From positions 61,318,001-61,382,000 of the forward strand of contig CM060732.1 of NCBI GenBank assembly GCA_030704615.1: a stretch of 64,000 nt of DNA, in the 5' to 3' direction. This stretch comes from Takakia lepidozioides. Taxonomy: Eukaryota > Plantae > Bryophyta. This document shows positions 24,671 to 35,774 of the stretch, piece after piece. Every line of letters starts with the position of its first letter. Position 1 is the first letter of the stretch. The notes beneath the pieces were generated by a model. The model did no database searches. It saw only the letters and a list, made by a program, of their open reading frames with translations, and was not told the DNA's origin. The position numbers and the translations under genes are program-made.

Positions 24671-27600
24671 TGTCAGTTCCGCCCAAACTGGGCGCGGGGT
24701 CAGTGGCCACAAGGCTACGGCAAACGTCTTACGAGTACATTCTCTCTAAGCTGTCAGCCTGTCTGCTGTCCCATGGACTAAATCAATTTCTTTTGTCTTT
24801 CTCTCTCTCCCCCTCTCTCTTTCTCTCTCTTGTTGCTTACTTCACTTCCGGCGCGAGCCCCTCACAAAGGTAATGTCTGTTCCCTCTTGTTCCACCAAGC
24901 TGGGCACAGGGTCTATGACCACAAGGCTACGGCAAACAACGTCTTATGGGTACATTCTTTTTACTTACTCCCATCTCTCCTATCCCGTCTGGTTGGTAGC
25001 TTGGTTGGTAGGTAAGTCTAGTCTTAGTATTTGTTTGTTATATATGTCATGTGTACATATAAACTGTGGAAGAGAAATCAAATGGATGTTTCTTTGTGGT
25101 CTCTCTTAGGTGCAGCATCTTTGGTCATAGTCACCAAAGTATTAAATCAAGTGAGTGGACTTGAAAGAAGGCTGTATGAAGGGTGTTACGCCATTCTCTC
25201 CAAGTGAACTTGTAATCATCAGCCTAGTGATTGATAATTACCTTGTTTGCAAGGTAACGAATGCCTCAGCTTTGAGCACCATGCTCAAAGCCTTCAAGTG
25301 AATTGGAGCTAACTCAAGTTACTTGAGTTAAAACAGGCATTTGGTCAGTGAGGCAGCTTGAGTTACTTGAGAACGTAACTCAAGCTGCCTCACTGACCAA
25401 ATGCCTGTTTTGAACACAAAAAGTGTTGTGTTATGTCCCATCATCAAGTCTAAATACTTGAACTAGTGCACAATATCTAAGGTGGCTCTTCTTCCGTCTG
25501 TTTATGTGCATCTCTCTTGATGACGTTTATGTGGGTCTCTTTTGTGAGATTTCTTCATGTACTTCAGGGTCTTCTCTACATCTCTTTCTCCTTAGGCAGG
25601 TTCTTAAGGTCTCCAAATAAATGTGGGAGTGCTTGGTCAGATGTTGGACTCATCCCTTGATCTATAAAATATCATCTCCCTAAAAATGTACGGGTGTGGT
25701 GGGTGGTATGCAGCATGGCAATGTCAACGCAAGTACAGGCGCAGGTTTCGAAGAGGGATACAGTTCTGCTAGGAGGCAACATGGCATTGCGACGGGGTAT
25801 GGGTGGGGGCTCAGTGACAGTGGTTTTACGACGCCAAATTTCACCAATTTCTTCCGTGGAGGTCTTAGCTATGGCTGGCCTCCGGTCCATTTTGAGCATC
25901 CAAACATCAAGGTTTTTGCTTTTCCCTCTTTTCAGTATAGAAGATAATTATAATCTGGAATGCTCCCAAGATTTAAGTGATCCTAAGTAAAAACTTTTAA
26001 TAGGGAGGAAAGTATGATAGAGTACAAGTGATTATCTTATCAAGCTAATGCTAACTGCTTAGCAACACAACAGATTGTACTCATAAGACATTGTTTGCCG
26101 TAGCCTTGTGGCCATTGACCCCGCGCCCAGTTTGAACGGAACATAAAGGGACAGAAACTACCTTTGTCAGGGGCTGACGCTGGTAGTATGATTTACCTTG
26201 GAATAAACAGTTGATCCGAGATTTCCAGATATCCTCCAGAAATCCCTTTTCACAAGCATCAATCTGATGTGTGTGATTTGCCCAATAGCTAGACCCCAGG
26301 GCCTGGGCTTTTGGCTCAGCCTCAAGATTTTCATAGTTGTTAAACAGAGGTACAGGCACAATTTCCTTGTGCAACACAACAGAGAGAGAGATTGTACTCA
26401 TAAGACGTTGTTTGCCGTAGCCTTGTGGCCATTGACCCCGCGCCCAGTTTGAGCGGGAACAAAAGGGACAGAACCTACCTCTGTCAGGGGCTGACGTTGG
26501 TAGTAAGACTTAACCTCCATATAAAGAATTAATCCGGGTTTTCCAGATATCCTCTAGAAATCCCTTCACACAAGCATCAATCTGCTGTGTGTGATTTGCC
26601 CAAAAACTAGGCCTCAGGAGGGCCTGGGCTTTTGGCTCAGCCTCGAGACTTTCAAAGTTGGTAAACAGGGGTACAGGCACAATTCCCTTAATAGATTTGA
26701 AGAGAGCGTCTCTTTGGTGAGAGAACCCCGGACAGTGTATCAGAAAATGAATACTGTCTTCAGATTGCCCACACAACGGGCAATTGCACTCTCCCTTTCC
26801 TCTCTGCTTCTGTTTGCTGTTCAAAGGTAGGCTTCCTGCCCTGAGTTTAAATTTCAGTCTAGTGCCGAGAGTGGGTAGACCCTTGAGGTCATCCAAGATG
26901 TCCTCCCCCATGTCACAGACTGGAAAGAAGTTCAGGGAAGTTTTCTGCCTAACTTCATTTTCATCAGACAATCTCATGGCAACAGACATGGCTGAGGACA
27001 CTACAGCCTCTAAGTCAGATTTATCCAGCAGGGTCAAGACTTGCGGATCCAGGTCCAGGTCCTTGAGGATCTCTTCTACTCTCTTCTGCCAGGACTTAGC
27101 CTGTTTGACAGGGCGGTCCTGTTTCCAAGATATAGAGTCGATTAATTTAGGATATCTGGTGTTGGGCATATGTTGCAGCTGACCCCACCATCTGACCTTG
27201 AATTCATCTCGTCGGGAGCTTAAGGACGGAATGCCAAACTCACCCCGAACAGCCACATTGGCTGTTTTGGAGCATGCTGACATACACTCCTTAAGCACCC
27301 CCACTTGAATGGATTCTAGAGACTTAGCCTGGTTGGAGTTATCAACCCATATAGCAGATCCGTACTCCAAGGCAGGTCTAATAACGCGACAAAGCATGGT
27401 TTTCTCAACCTCAGAGTTGACCCCTCTGCAGTGGAAAAATTTAGTGAGCCCCAGAGCTTTGCCCTTGCCAGTTTGAACAACTTTCCGGATATGTGCATCC
27501 CAATTACAATTGGAGGAGAACTCAACGCCCAGGTAAGTGTAGGAAGGGAGGACCGGGATCTCTTGGCTACCCCACTGCCACTTAAGATCACTTCCTCCCT

Positions 27601-30600
27601 CTCCTCTGTCGTTGAATGCTACCACTGCACATTTGCTGACATTAGCCTCTAGCCCCCAAAGATCAAAGTATCTCTTCGTGCAATCAATGAACTCCTGGAG
27701 ATTGGTTGGAGTCTCCCCTATGCCTGCGAAGTCATCCGCAAACATAAGGGCTGGTATGGTGGTATCACCCACCCTTAACCCAAATCCCTCACTTTCCACA
27801 TCCTCGAGGAGTTGATTGATGAAAACATTGAAGAGCAGAGGGGAGAGAGTACATCCTTGAGCTACACCTTGGTCTATGTCAAAGAAGTTGGACTTCTGTC
27901 CGTTAACAGTGACACAGCTTTTGGTGTGAGCATACAAGTTGTGGACAACTCTCCACATCTTTCCCTTGATCCCACAAGACCAGAGGCGGAACCATAGGCC
28001 ATCTCTCCACACTATGTCATAGGCCTTTTTGACATCCAGGAAAAAGACATAAGTGGGTTTCCCTTCTTTTTTCCTTCCCTGGATAGTCTGGCTTAGAGTG
28101 AAGATATGATCCACACAGCCCCTGTTTCGCCGAAAGCCAGCTTGGCCTTCATGGAAACAACCTCTAGACTCCAGATCAACCTCGAGACGAGTAACTCTGC
28201 AGAATGTCTTGCCAACAGCATTGAGGAGCATGATGCCACGGTAGTTCCCCGGTTCTTCTCTGTATAGATTGACAATGACCCCCTGTCGCCAGCGAAAGGG
28301 GATCATTTCAGTCTTCCAGATAAGGTTAAAGAGGAGAACTAGGGCCTCTATCATGGGATCGCCACCGTGCTTGATAAGCTCATTGACAATACCATCAGGT
28401 CCACCAGCTTTACATCCATTTAAATGTTCAATTGCTTCCACAATCTCAGAAGAACTAATGGGAGCATTATAAGCCATTGAAATATACTCCAGTTCATCAG
28501 GGCTGTTTTGAATCATAGGAACAGTTTTTCCAACTGTGTCCCTCCATTCAGCAGAAGACCCCTCACTGTTAGACCTAGAAGTTCTGCCAAGGATACTGTA
28601 GTGAGTTTCAAAGGTTTTGACAATGTCAACCGATGAAGTCACCACTGCACCTTTAGTAGTCTTCAGCGCTTGTACTTGCTGACCGTTTTTCGGTTTGTAC
28701 AAACGTTGAAGGGCCAACCAGAATTTCTTGTCATTACCACCATGGTGGTTTGAGTTTATTTCACTGTATAACTTGTCCCAGTATAAACAGAGAGAGAGAG
28801 AGAGAGAGAGAGAAATTATGTTCATGTATTTGGTGCCTACTTAGGGGCATCACAGCTTTTAATAGGGAGGAAAGTATGATAGAGTACAAGTGATTATCTT
28901 ATCAAGCTAATGCTAACTGCTTAGCAACACAACAGAGAGAGAGAAAGAAAAATTCTGTTCGTGTGTTTGGTGCCTACTTAGGGGCATCACAGCCTTATTT
29001 GCAGACTTCCTCTTGGGTAGACTGTTGGTTCAAGGCAAGGAGAAGCTCCAATGGTGTCAAGTTATTGCCTGGCACGCGCTGAAGCTGAGCTGGCATCATT
29101 GTTACTATGTTGACAAGGGAAGATAAGCAGAGATGAGAAAGTGTTAGAGAGTAGAATGAGACAAGGTAGCCAGATTGGTACACGGTTGTGTTCCTTGTCT
29201 GGATTTTAACGCTAATGCAATTAAGAGTGTTGTGCAGTTAGAAAGTGGTGTCTGGAAGTGGATGTAGATCACTGTATTACGATACTGACACAGCCAAGAA
29301 CTTTTACACGGTGGTGGTGGACAGGCAGTTATCATCCCACGCGACAGGAACACTAGGCTTGTCACTGTCATTGAGGGATGGGTCAGTCACCTTAGCGAAC
29401 ACATGGTCACGGCAACTGTCCGAAGACACCACTGGCAATGTACCCCCCCCCCCCCCTTCTCTCTCTCTCTCTCTCTTTCTCTCTCTCCATGAGGCAGCTG
29501 TGTTGTTGTGTGACACACTGTGGACATTGTGAAGTTTCTTTCTTTGATTATCTTCTTTCTTCTCTCTTTTTTGACACTCTTTTTCCATGAAAGGTGGAGA
29601 TACCCCAGATTGAGGTTTCTAGACCACCTTGATCACAAACATGATGAGCAAAGAAATGCCAACCCTGGCCTGCAGGCACTGAAGCAACATCTTATGAGTA
29701 TATTCTCTCTCTCCGTCTGTGGCATGCCAGCAGAGAATCTATCACTATACTGGTAGTTTGACAGTTTATACTGGGGTTTGTACAGATTTCACTGGTTGTA
29801 GGGCCAGACACAGGGATTGCAGTTGGTTGGCAACGGCATGGCAAGAAAAATGCTGGCTCTGGGGAGTTGAAGGTCAGTTTCCTAGGTTGATGTGTTGTCC
29901 TTCCCTCAGGCCCATACTTCTTAACATCGGTTTCTTGTTGTTCTACTTGGGGCCCCCTGTGGATGTAGTGTAGTTTTCTCTCTCTCTGTCCCTCAATTAT
30001 GTAAGGCAGGCAAAGTGGCTGTGGAACCTCCAGGTGCCTTATGCCTTTTGTTATCCACCATCCGTTGGATAGAAGTATGCACTTTAGTCTGCTTACCATA
30101 GCCTTATGTCCCATCACTGCAAGAAAAGGAGAGAGACAGTGAAAGACCCGGGGGGTGGGGGGCGGAGGATGTGTTGCCATCTAGTGTGCAGTGGAGGCAT
30201 GGCAGCACAATTCCTTCTGTCGAAGCTGAGCAATTCTGAACAGCATTTTTCTCTCTAAGCATTGAACTGAAGTTTGTTTTGGACTGTTGAAGGTGGGGCC
30301 TACTACCTTTGGAGTATCTGGGCAGTACATTCGGCATTTCTCAGCCAGGTCACAGGGTCGAGTCACGGCCAAGCTTGGGAGGTCAAACCACTGCTCTGCT
30401 GCCTGGTTCTCTCTTTTTATGGTTGTCCATGTATGGATGAATTTTGAGAATAGGGTCTCTGCAAATGCCTTGAAGCTGTACTTCTCTGTGCTGCAAGTGT
30501 CAAACTAATAAGCTCTTAAGGTGGCATGCACTCCAATTGTTGGGGGTTAACTTTCGCCATGAGATAACTACTCTTAACATTTCCATTTCTTTCAGTACTC

Positions 30601-31329
30601 TTTCATTCTCACAAATTTTGGAGTAAATCACTCATGAACCTAATACGAGTGACATAACCAAGGCTGATGTGGAAGGATGAGATGTTCATCAGATCTTTCC
30701 TACTGTGTAAGGTGGAGATAGGAGGATAGGAGTGTAAGTACTTCACTACTCATTTTCACAAAGCTGACAAGATACTGTACCTGCTTCACATGGATCAATG
30801 CAGCACGGGAATAGAGGTTGAGATAGGGGGGGAGAGGCGACTGTCGGAGCACAGCTCAGCTGCTATGTTTTGTGTTCTTGGTCTTCAGGTACTTACTGTC
30901 CTTGCTTTGAGAACATTTTGGTTTCTCAATATAGGGTGTTTTCACATAAATCAAGCAATGTATGAGGTCACAGAGCTCTTGTTCTTGAGCTATCTGTCGC
31001 TCTTTGGACCAGTATCATTTTCTGTGTATCATAAATTTTGGTTGAGTTTCAGAGCTGTTCCATTGGAAAACCCTTGACCTGCTCCAAGAGGGCTTAAAAG
31101 GCACTTCCTGAAAAGGGTCTGTCATAGCCAACAAATGGTTTCCTTTGTTGTTGAAAGTGGTATCCAGTGGAGTCTTCATTAGACTTCAGAACCAAGACCT
31201 GAGACTGCTGTACTAGCAATTCTGAGCATACCTCATTTAGTCGTATTGACCTGAAAATGCTGCAGGGTGTTTCCTGGAAAGTTCGCTTCACTCGTGGAGG
31301 CCAAAAGTTTATTATCCCTGTATGGACAG

Positions 31330-31372
<43 letters not shown>

Positions 31373-32545
31373 CCGACAAAACTGTCAACCCTCGGCACTA
31401 GACTGAAATTTAAACTCGGGGCAGGAAGCCTGCCTTTGAACAGCAAACAGATGCAGAGAGGAAAGAGGGATTGCAATTGCCCGTTGTGTGGACAACCTGA
31501 AGACAATATTCATTTTCTGATTCTTTGTCCTGGGTACTCTCCTGAGAGAGACGCCCTCTTCAATCCATCAAGGGAATTGTGTCTGAAGTCGGAACCTTTG
31601 CTTACCAACTTTGAAAGTCTCGAGGCTGAGCCAAAGCCCAGGCCCCTTTGGGGCCTGGTTATTAGGCAAACCACACACAGCAGATTGATGCTTGTTCAAA
31701 GGGATTTCTAGAGGATATCTGGAAAACTCGGATTCATATTCTGTTTCCAGGTAAATCATACTACCGGCGTCAGCCCGTGACAAAGGTAGTTTCTGTCCCT
31801 TTGTGTTCCGCTCAAACTGAGCGCGGGGTAAATGGCCACAAGGCTATGGCAAACAACGTCTTATGAGTACACACTCTCAAACTGTTCCTCCCAAACTGGG
31901 TGCAGGGTCTATGGCCACAAGGTTATGGCAAATTATGTCTTATGAGTACATTCTCTCTTTTAAAGTATGTGCATGTTAATAATGCTGCAATCCTTCCAGA
32001 TTCACCACAAGGAAGTTAAAGCACCAGCCAGTAGTCAGATAATCTCACTAGTCTTACTAGGGCCATGGCCAAGGGTTGTACCCTTTGCTGTTGAATGCTC
32101 ACCATTATGGTTGAGTGTGCCTGATATTTTAACTGTAACAGGTTCTCACATATGCCCATGTTATGAGCATGCATTGAGGTAGTAACACACACATTGCTGG
32201 GAGCTGATGAGGGTCGTGGGAGTTGTAGGAGCTAGTCATTGTCGTGCACGATGAACTGAATGGTCTTGATACTCAGTGAGTGACCCTTAGAAGGAAGACC
32301 ACATTCTTCAATTTGGTTACCTTGCAAATGGATGTCTGCTTGTTGTTATCTCTCTGGCTGTGGTTTGACTGCCAGTCTGCTGTACGTTCAGATTGTACTT
32401 TGCACCGCGCTGAATCCAGTGATAGCTGCTGGAGCGTTAGTTTTGCCATCGTCTCTTTATGCTCTCCTCAAGGTCTGCTCTCTCTCTCTCGCTCTCTCTC
32501 TCTCTCTCAATGGCCACAAGGCTACGGCAAACAACGTCTTATGAG

Positions 32546-32612
<67 letters not shown>

Positions 32613-35600
32613 CCTCTCGGCACTATACTGAAATTTAAGCTCAGGGCGGGAAGCCTACCTTTGAACAGCAAACAGATGCAGAGAGGAAAGGGGGATTGCA
32701 AATGCGCGATGTGTGGGCAACCTGAAGACAATATTCATTTTCTGATTCATTGTCCTGGGTACTCTCGCCAGAGAGACGCCCTCTTCAAATCCATCAAGGG
32801 ATTTGTTCCTGTACCTCTGTTTATCAGCTTTGAAAATCTCGAGGCTGAGCCAAAAGCCAAGGCCCTTTTGGGGCCTAGTTATTGGGCAAATCACACACAC
32901 CAGATTGATGCTTGTGTAAAGGGATTTCTAGAGGACATCTGGAAAACTCGGATCAATTGTCTGTTCCTATGTAAGTCATACTACCGGCGTCAGCCCTGCT
33001 CAAACTGGGCGCTGGGTCAATGGGCCACAAGGCTACGGCAAACAACATCTTATGAGTACATTCTCTCCCAATCTCTCTTGTTCCGCTCAATACTGGCCGC
33101 AGGGTCTATGGCCACTGGGCTACATCAAACAACGTCTTATGAGTACTTTCCCTATACATAGCTTTGAGATCCCGAAGTGTCTGGCCCTCTTACCGACATG
33201 AGTCACTTTGTAATGTGTTGTTCATATCTGTTGAAGGGGTGTCACTCCTTTTTTTGGAGCTCAGCCTAGTTCATTTTTGGTCAATGATTAGGTGGAAAGT
33301 TCAAATTTGTTACTTTTTAAAGAGACTAAGTCACTGAGGATGGAAATATGATCCTTCCATCTTCCTTTCTGACACCTACTTGAACACAAGAGTTGGCTTT
33401 GTCCCTTTCCCAGTGACTTTGTGATGACCTATTCACATATTTGCCTGTTGTACCTCCAACGTGTATATATGCAGATATTTGTTGTAAAGCCATACAATCT
33501 ACGGAGAAAGCGGCAAAAGAGCCTTGAGCTACGACGGTTGACTGTTACTCAGGTCTTCTATCTTTCTCATTTTCAACCACTCGTGTGACTCACTGCCACT
33601 CCATGAATTTATTTTACAGGAGCAGTAATATTGGAATCTATTAAGAAAATGAGATGTGGAATGCTTAGAAAGCCAGTTCCATTCTTAGGATTTGTCACCG
33701 AAAACTTGTAGTTTCATGCTATAGAGTCCATGGCCCCAGAATTATATGTAGGAGTCTTAAGTATACGACTAGTGGTCCAAAAGTATGAATGTATGGATGG
33801 TTTTAACAGAGGGTGATCCTCTCCAGTTAGTATCATCCTTGTATTTGGAAGTTCACCTGCTTACTTCAAGGTTATGGATTTGGTCCACACCTATTAGGTT
33901 CTGCTTGTGGGCAAAGACTCAGTCCATGGTTTGAATGGAAAATTACATCATAGTGTTTGTATACCACATTCCCTCACAAATCTTGCTAAAGAAAGATGTT
34001 TCTGGCAACCATTACACTGTATCCCATGACATTCCAAACAAACAATCGTCAAACAATTTCTTCCCTTGGTGCTTTCATTAAGTTTTTCCTAGAATGTGAT
34101 CTCAATCATGATCGTTGCATTTCACATTGATTGTCAATGGTCTTTGCACATGGGGCCACAGGTACTTGAGGCAAGGGCTGCATCTGAAAAAGCTCAAGAG
34201 CTTTTGAAGAATGTCGCAGAGCGGAAGAAACAGAAACAAGCACAGAGGGAGGGATTGGTTATCCTAGAGGCTTTGTATGGGGACATAAAAGCACACACGG
34301 AGGGCAGGACCTCGAATGGTGATGAGACTGAGGTGCGACCAGAAGAGGATGATTCAGATCTCCCACCTCCCTACTTGGACGTTGCTATCCCTCTGCAGTT
34401 TTTGGTTGATGACTCCGGCAATCTTCGGGTTTGTCTTCTCACACTTTCTCCCCCACCTGCCTTCCTTCTGGCTCTACTCGCTTCCCCTCCTTGAGACACT
34501 ATCGCTTCATCATTTTGACATATGGAAACTTATGACAATCACCCTGCTGGCCTTGGGACAACTCTTTATCTTGACTGCTAAGTCCGTGTCTGCCGTTGCT
34601 TGCACACACGTGAGCGTAACATCCTTCAATTTAGAACCAGAGGCTCTTAAAAGTGAAAGCTGGCATCCTGGGACAAACCCCTTGTTACTTTTGCTAAAAG
34701 AATACCATGGCATGCGGATGCAGCTGCATGAAGGAGTGAAAAAGGCAGGGCTTATGGGCTTTTGTGACCCTTGCCCTGGAGAGTCAAAACGGTTGCAAGT
34801 TATGTACAGTTACCAAGGTCACCACTATCAGGTACATTCTATTCAGGCGCATGTTACCTCAAGGCACCTCGTAGACTCCATAGATTTTCATTCTTTCTCT
34901 CCCCAGCTCAAAAGTATGGTTATCTTTCTTCTTTTCTCTCCAGTAGTGTGTGAATTTTAGTATTTGTGTTGGGTAGAGCGGACATTGGCAGTGCTGGAAT
35001 CAACACTAAACTTATTGTTATGCTTTGCTCCAAACTCTTTATTCACTCCTCAGACCAAGCCTGTAACCCAATTGTTGCCATCTGTGGGGAGTTTGAATGA
35101 TTACTTCACCATGGGAGGTGATTTATCGTAATGCCTGGGCAGTAGCCCTTCAGGGTGAAGGACGCCATAATTTACACTTGCTTCAGCAGGATCAACCCTT
35201 TTTTCAAAACCCTGAATGAATAATCAGAGTTCTATGGAGGAAAGTCTGTTTACAAGTATTTAAATTAGAAGAACAAAATTTTTGCTAGGTGCTTGTGTCC
35301 TGACCCTAGAGCTATGAGGCTGATGCAAAGTCTAGGGGCGATGCAGAGCCTAGGGGCACCTCAGCATCATATCTTGATTCTTTATTCATCCATCCCGCTA
35401 CACACCGCATACAGGTGTTATCATTGAAATGGCTGACCATCCACATAGGTACTTCCGTTTGTAGATGACCTTTAACCGGATTCACTGCCTAGAACCTCCA
35501 ATATAGACATGTGGATCGGAACCTGTACAACCATGTGGCCACCAACCTGTAATGCTTAGCTATCTGTCAGAGCTGGCTGCAAGAATCAGGGTGTGGGATA

Positions 35601-35774
35601 CTTCTGTTTGGTTGCCCTGTCGTCGACTGGCGGTTAAAGAGGGCTGTCGGATGTGGATGTTTGTGAGAGCAGGTTGTGGTTGGAGATTTTGACGAGTTGC
35701 GGATACCGCAGGAGGCACACAAGATTTATGATGGGCGTCCTTCGTCCTCCGAGAATTTGAATCAAGTGGATTGA
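23344..35774 (+). CDS. DnaJ protein, DNAJC11 / plant DnaJ13 (OWL1)-like; 13 exons: 23344-23490, 24313-24608, 25714-25911, 29325-29439, 29786-29872, 30293-30381, 30804-30888, 31266-31319, 32392-32472, 33475-33552, 34162-34428, 34724-34831, 35673-35774
   Basis: J domain with HPD ([33 protein letters not shown]...[18 protein letters not shown]), a beta-rich middle region, [11 protein letters not shown], and a DUF3395-like C-terminus ([30 protein letters not shown]). All junctions are GT-AG and in frame. Confidence 0.92.
24623..24668 (+). repeat. (CT)n microsatellite just after the exon 2 donor
   Basis: About 23 CT units, followed immediately by a LINE 3'-end copy. Confidence 0.95.
24675..24960 (+). 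mobile_element. Two short 3'-end copies of the LINE (about 24675-24741 and 24848-24957)
   Basis: Both contain G(G/A)CCACAAGGCTACGGCAAAC...GTCTTA.G.GTACATTCT. The first is flanked by CTCTCT(AA)GCTGTCAG on both sides. Confidence 0.85.
25330..25411. repeat. Perfect 37-bp inverted repeat with an 8-nt loop, in DnaJ intron 2
   Basis: AAAACAGGCATTTGGTCAGTGAGGCAGCTTGAGTTAC (25330-25366) is the reverse complement of GTAACTCAAGCTGCCTCACTGACCAAATGCCTGTTTT (25375-25411). Confidence 0.95.
26075..26370 (-). mobile_element. Short 5'-truncated LINE copy inserted beside the 3' end of the long copy
   Basis: Matches the last ~300 bp of the long element. 13-bp TSD GCAACACAACAGA at 26062-26074 and 26371-26383. 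Confidence 0.9.
26391..28785 (-). mobile_element. 5'-truncated non-LTR retrotransposon (LINE; RT plus C-terminal CCHC-like finger, RTEX-like architecture) in DnaJ intron 3
   Basis: Open frame with [48 protein letters not shown] and CPLC...HFLIHC. No endonuclease domain is present. 13-bp TSD AACAGAGAGAGAG at 26378-26390 and 28786-28798. The 3' end ...TTATGAGTACAAT runs into (CT)n with no poly(A). Clade assignment is inferred. Confidence 0.93.
28856..28992 (+). repeat. ~137-bp tandem duplication of the LINE target region
   Basis: 28856-28936 is identical to 25994-26074, and 28932-28992 resembles 28787-28855. The LINE pair splits the first copy at its (AG)n tract. Confidence 0.85.
31389..31955 (+). 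mobile_element. Tandem LINE 3' fragments (about 31389-31872 and 31884-31955) after a (CT)n tract in DnaJ intron 8
   Basis: Encodes [20 protein letters not shown]...[15 protein letters not shown] and carries the same 3' terminus twice. Confidence 0.9.
32507..33149 (+). mobile_element. Three head-to-tail LINE 3' fragments (about 32507-32551, 32612-33062, 33079-33149) separated by CT-rich tracts in DnaJ intron 9
   Basis: The terminus CAAACAAC(G/A)TCTTATGAGTAC occurs three times; the middle copy encodes the CCHC region. Confidence 0.9.

Noticed and set aside
26391-26500. Self-cleaving ribozyme in the LINE 3' UTR
   Set aside because: No hammerhead core (CTGANGA...GAAA) or evident HDV-like pseudoknot; only simple hairpins.
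32280-33161. 293-aa ORF as a separate gene
   Set aside because: Chance read-through of an out-of-frame DnaJ exon, (CT)n and LINE fragments.
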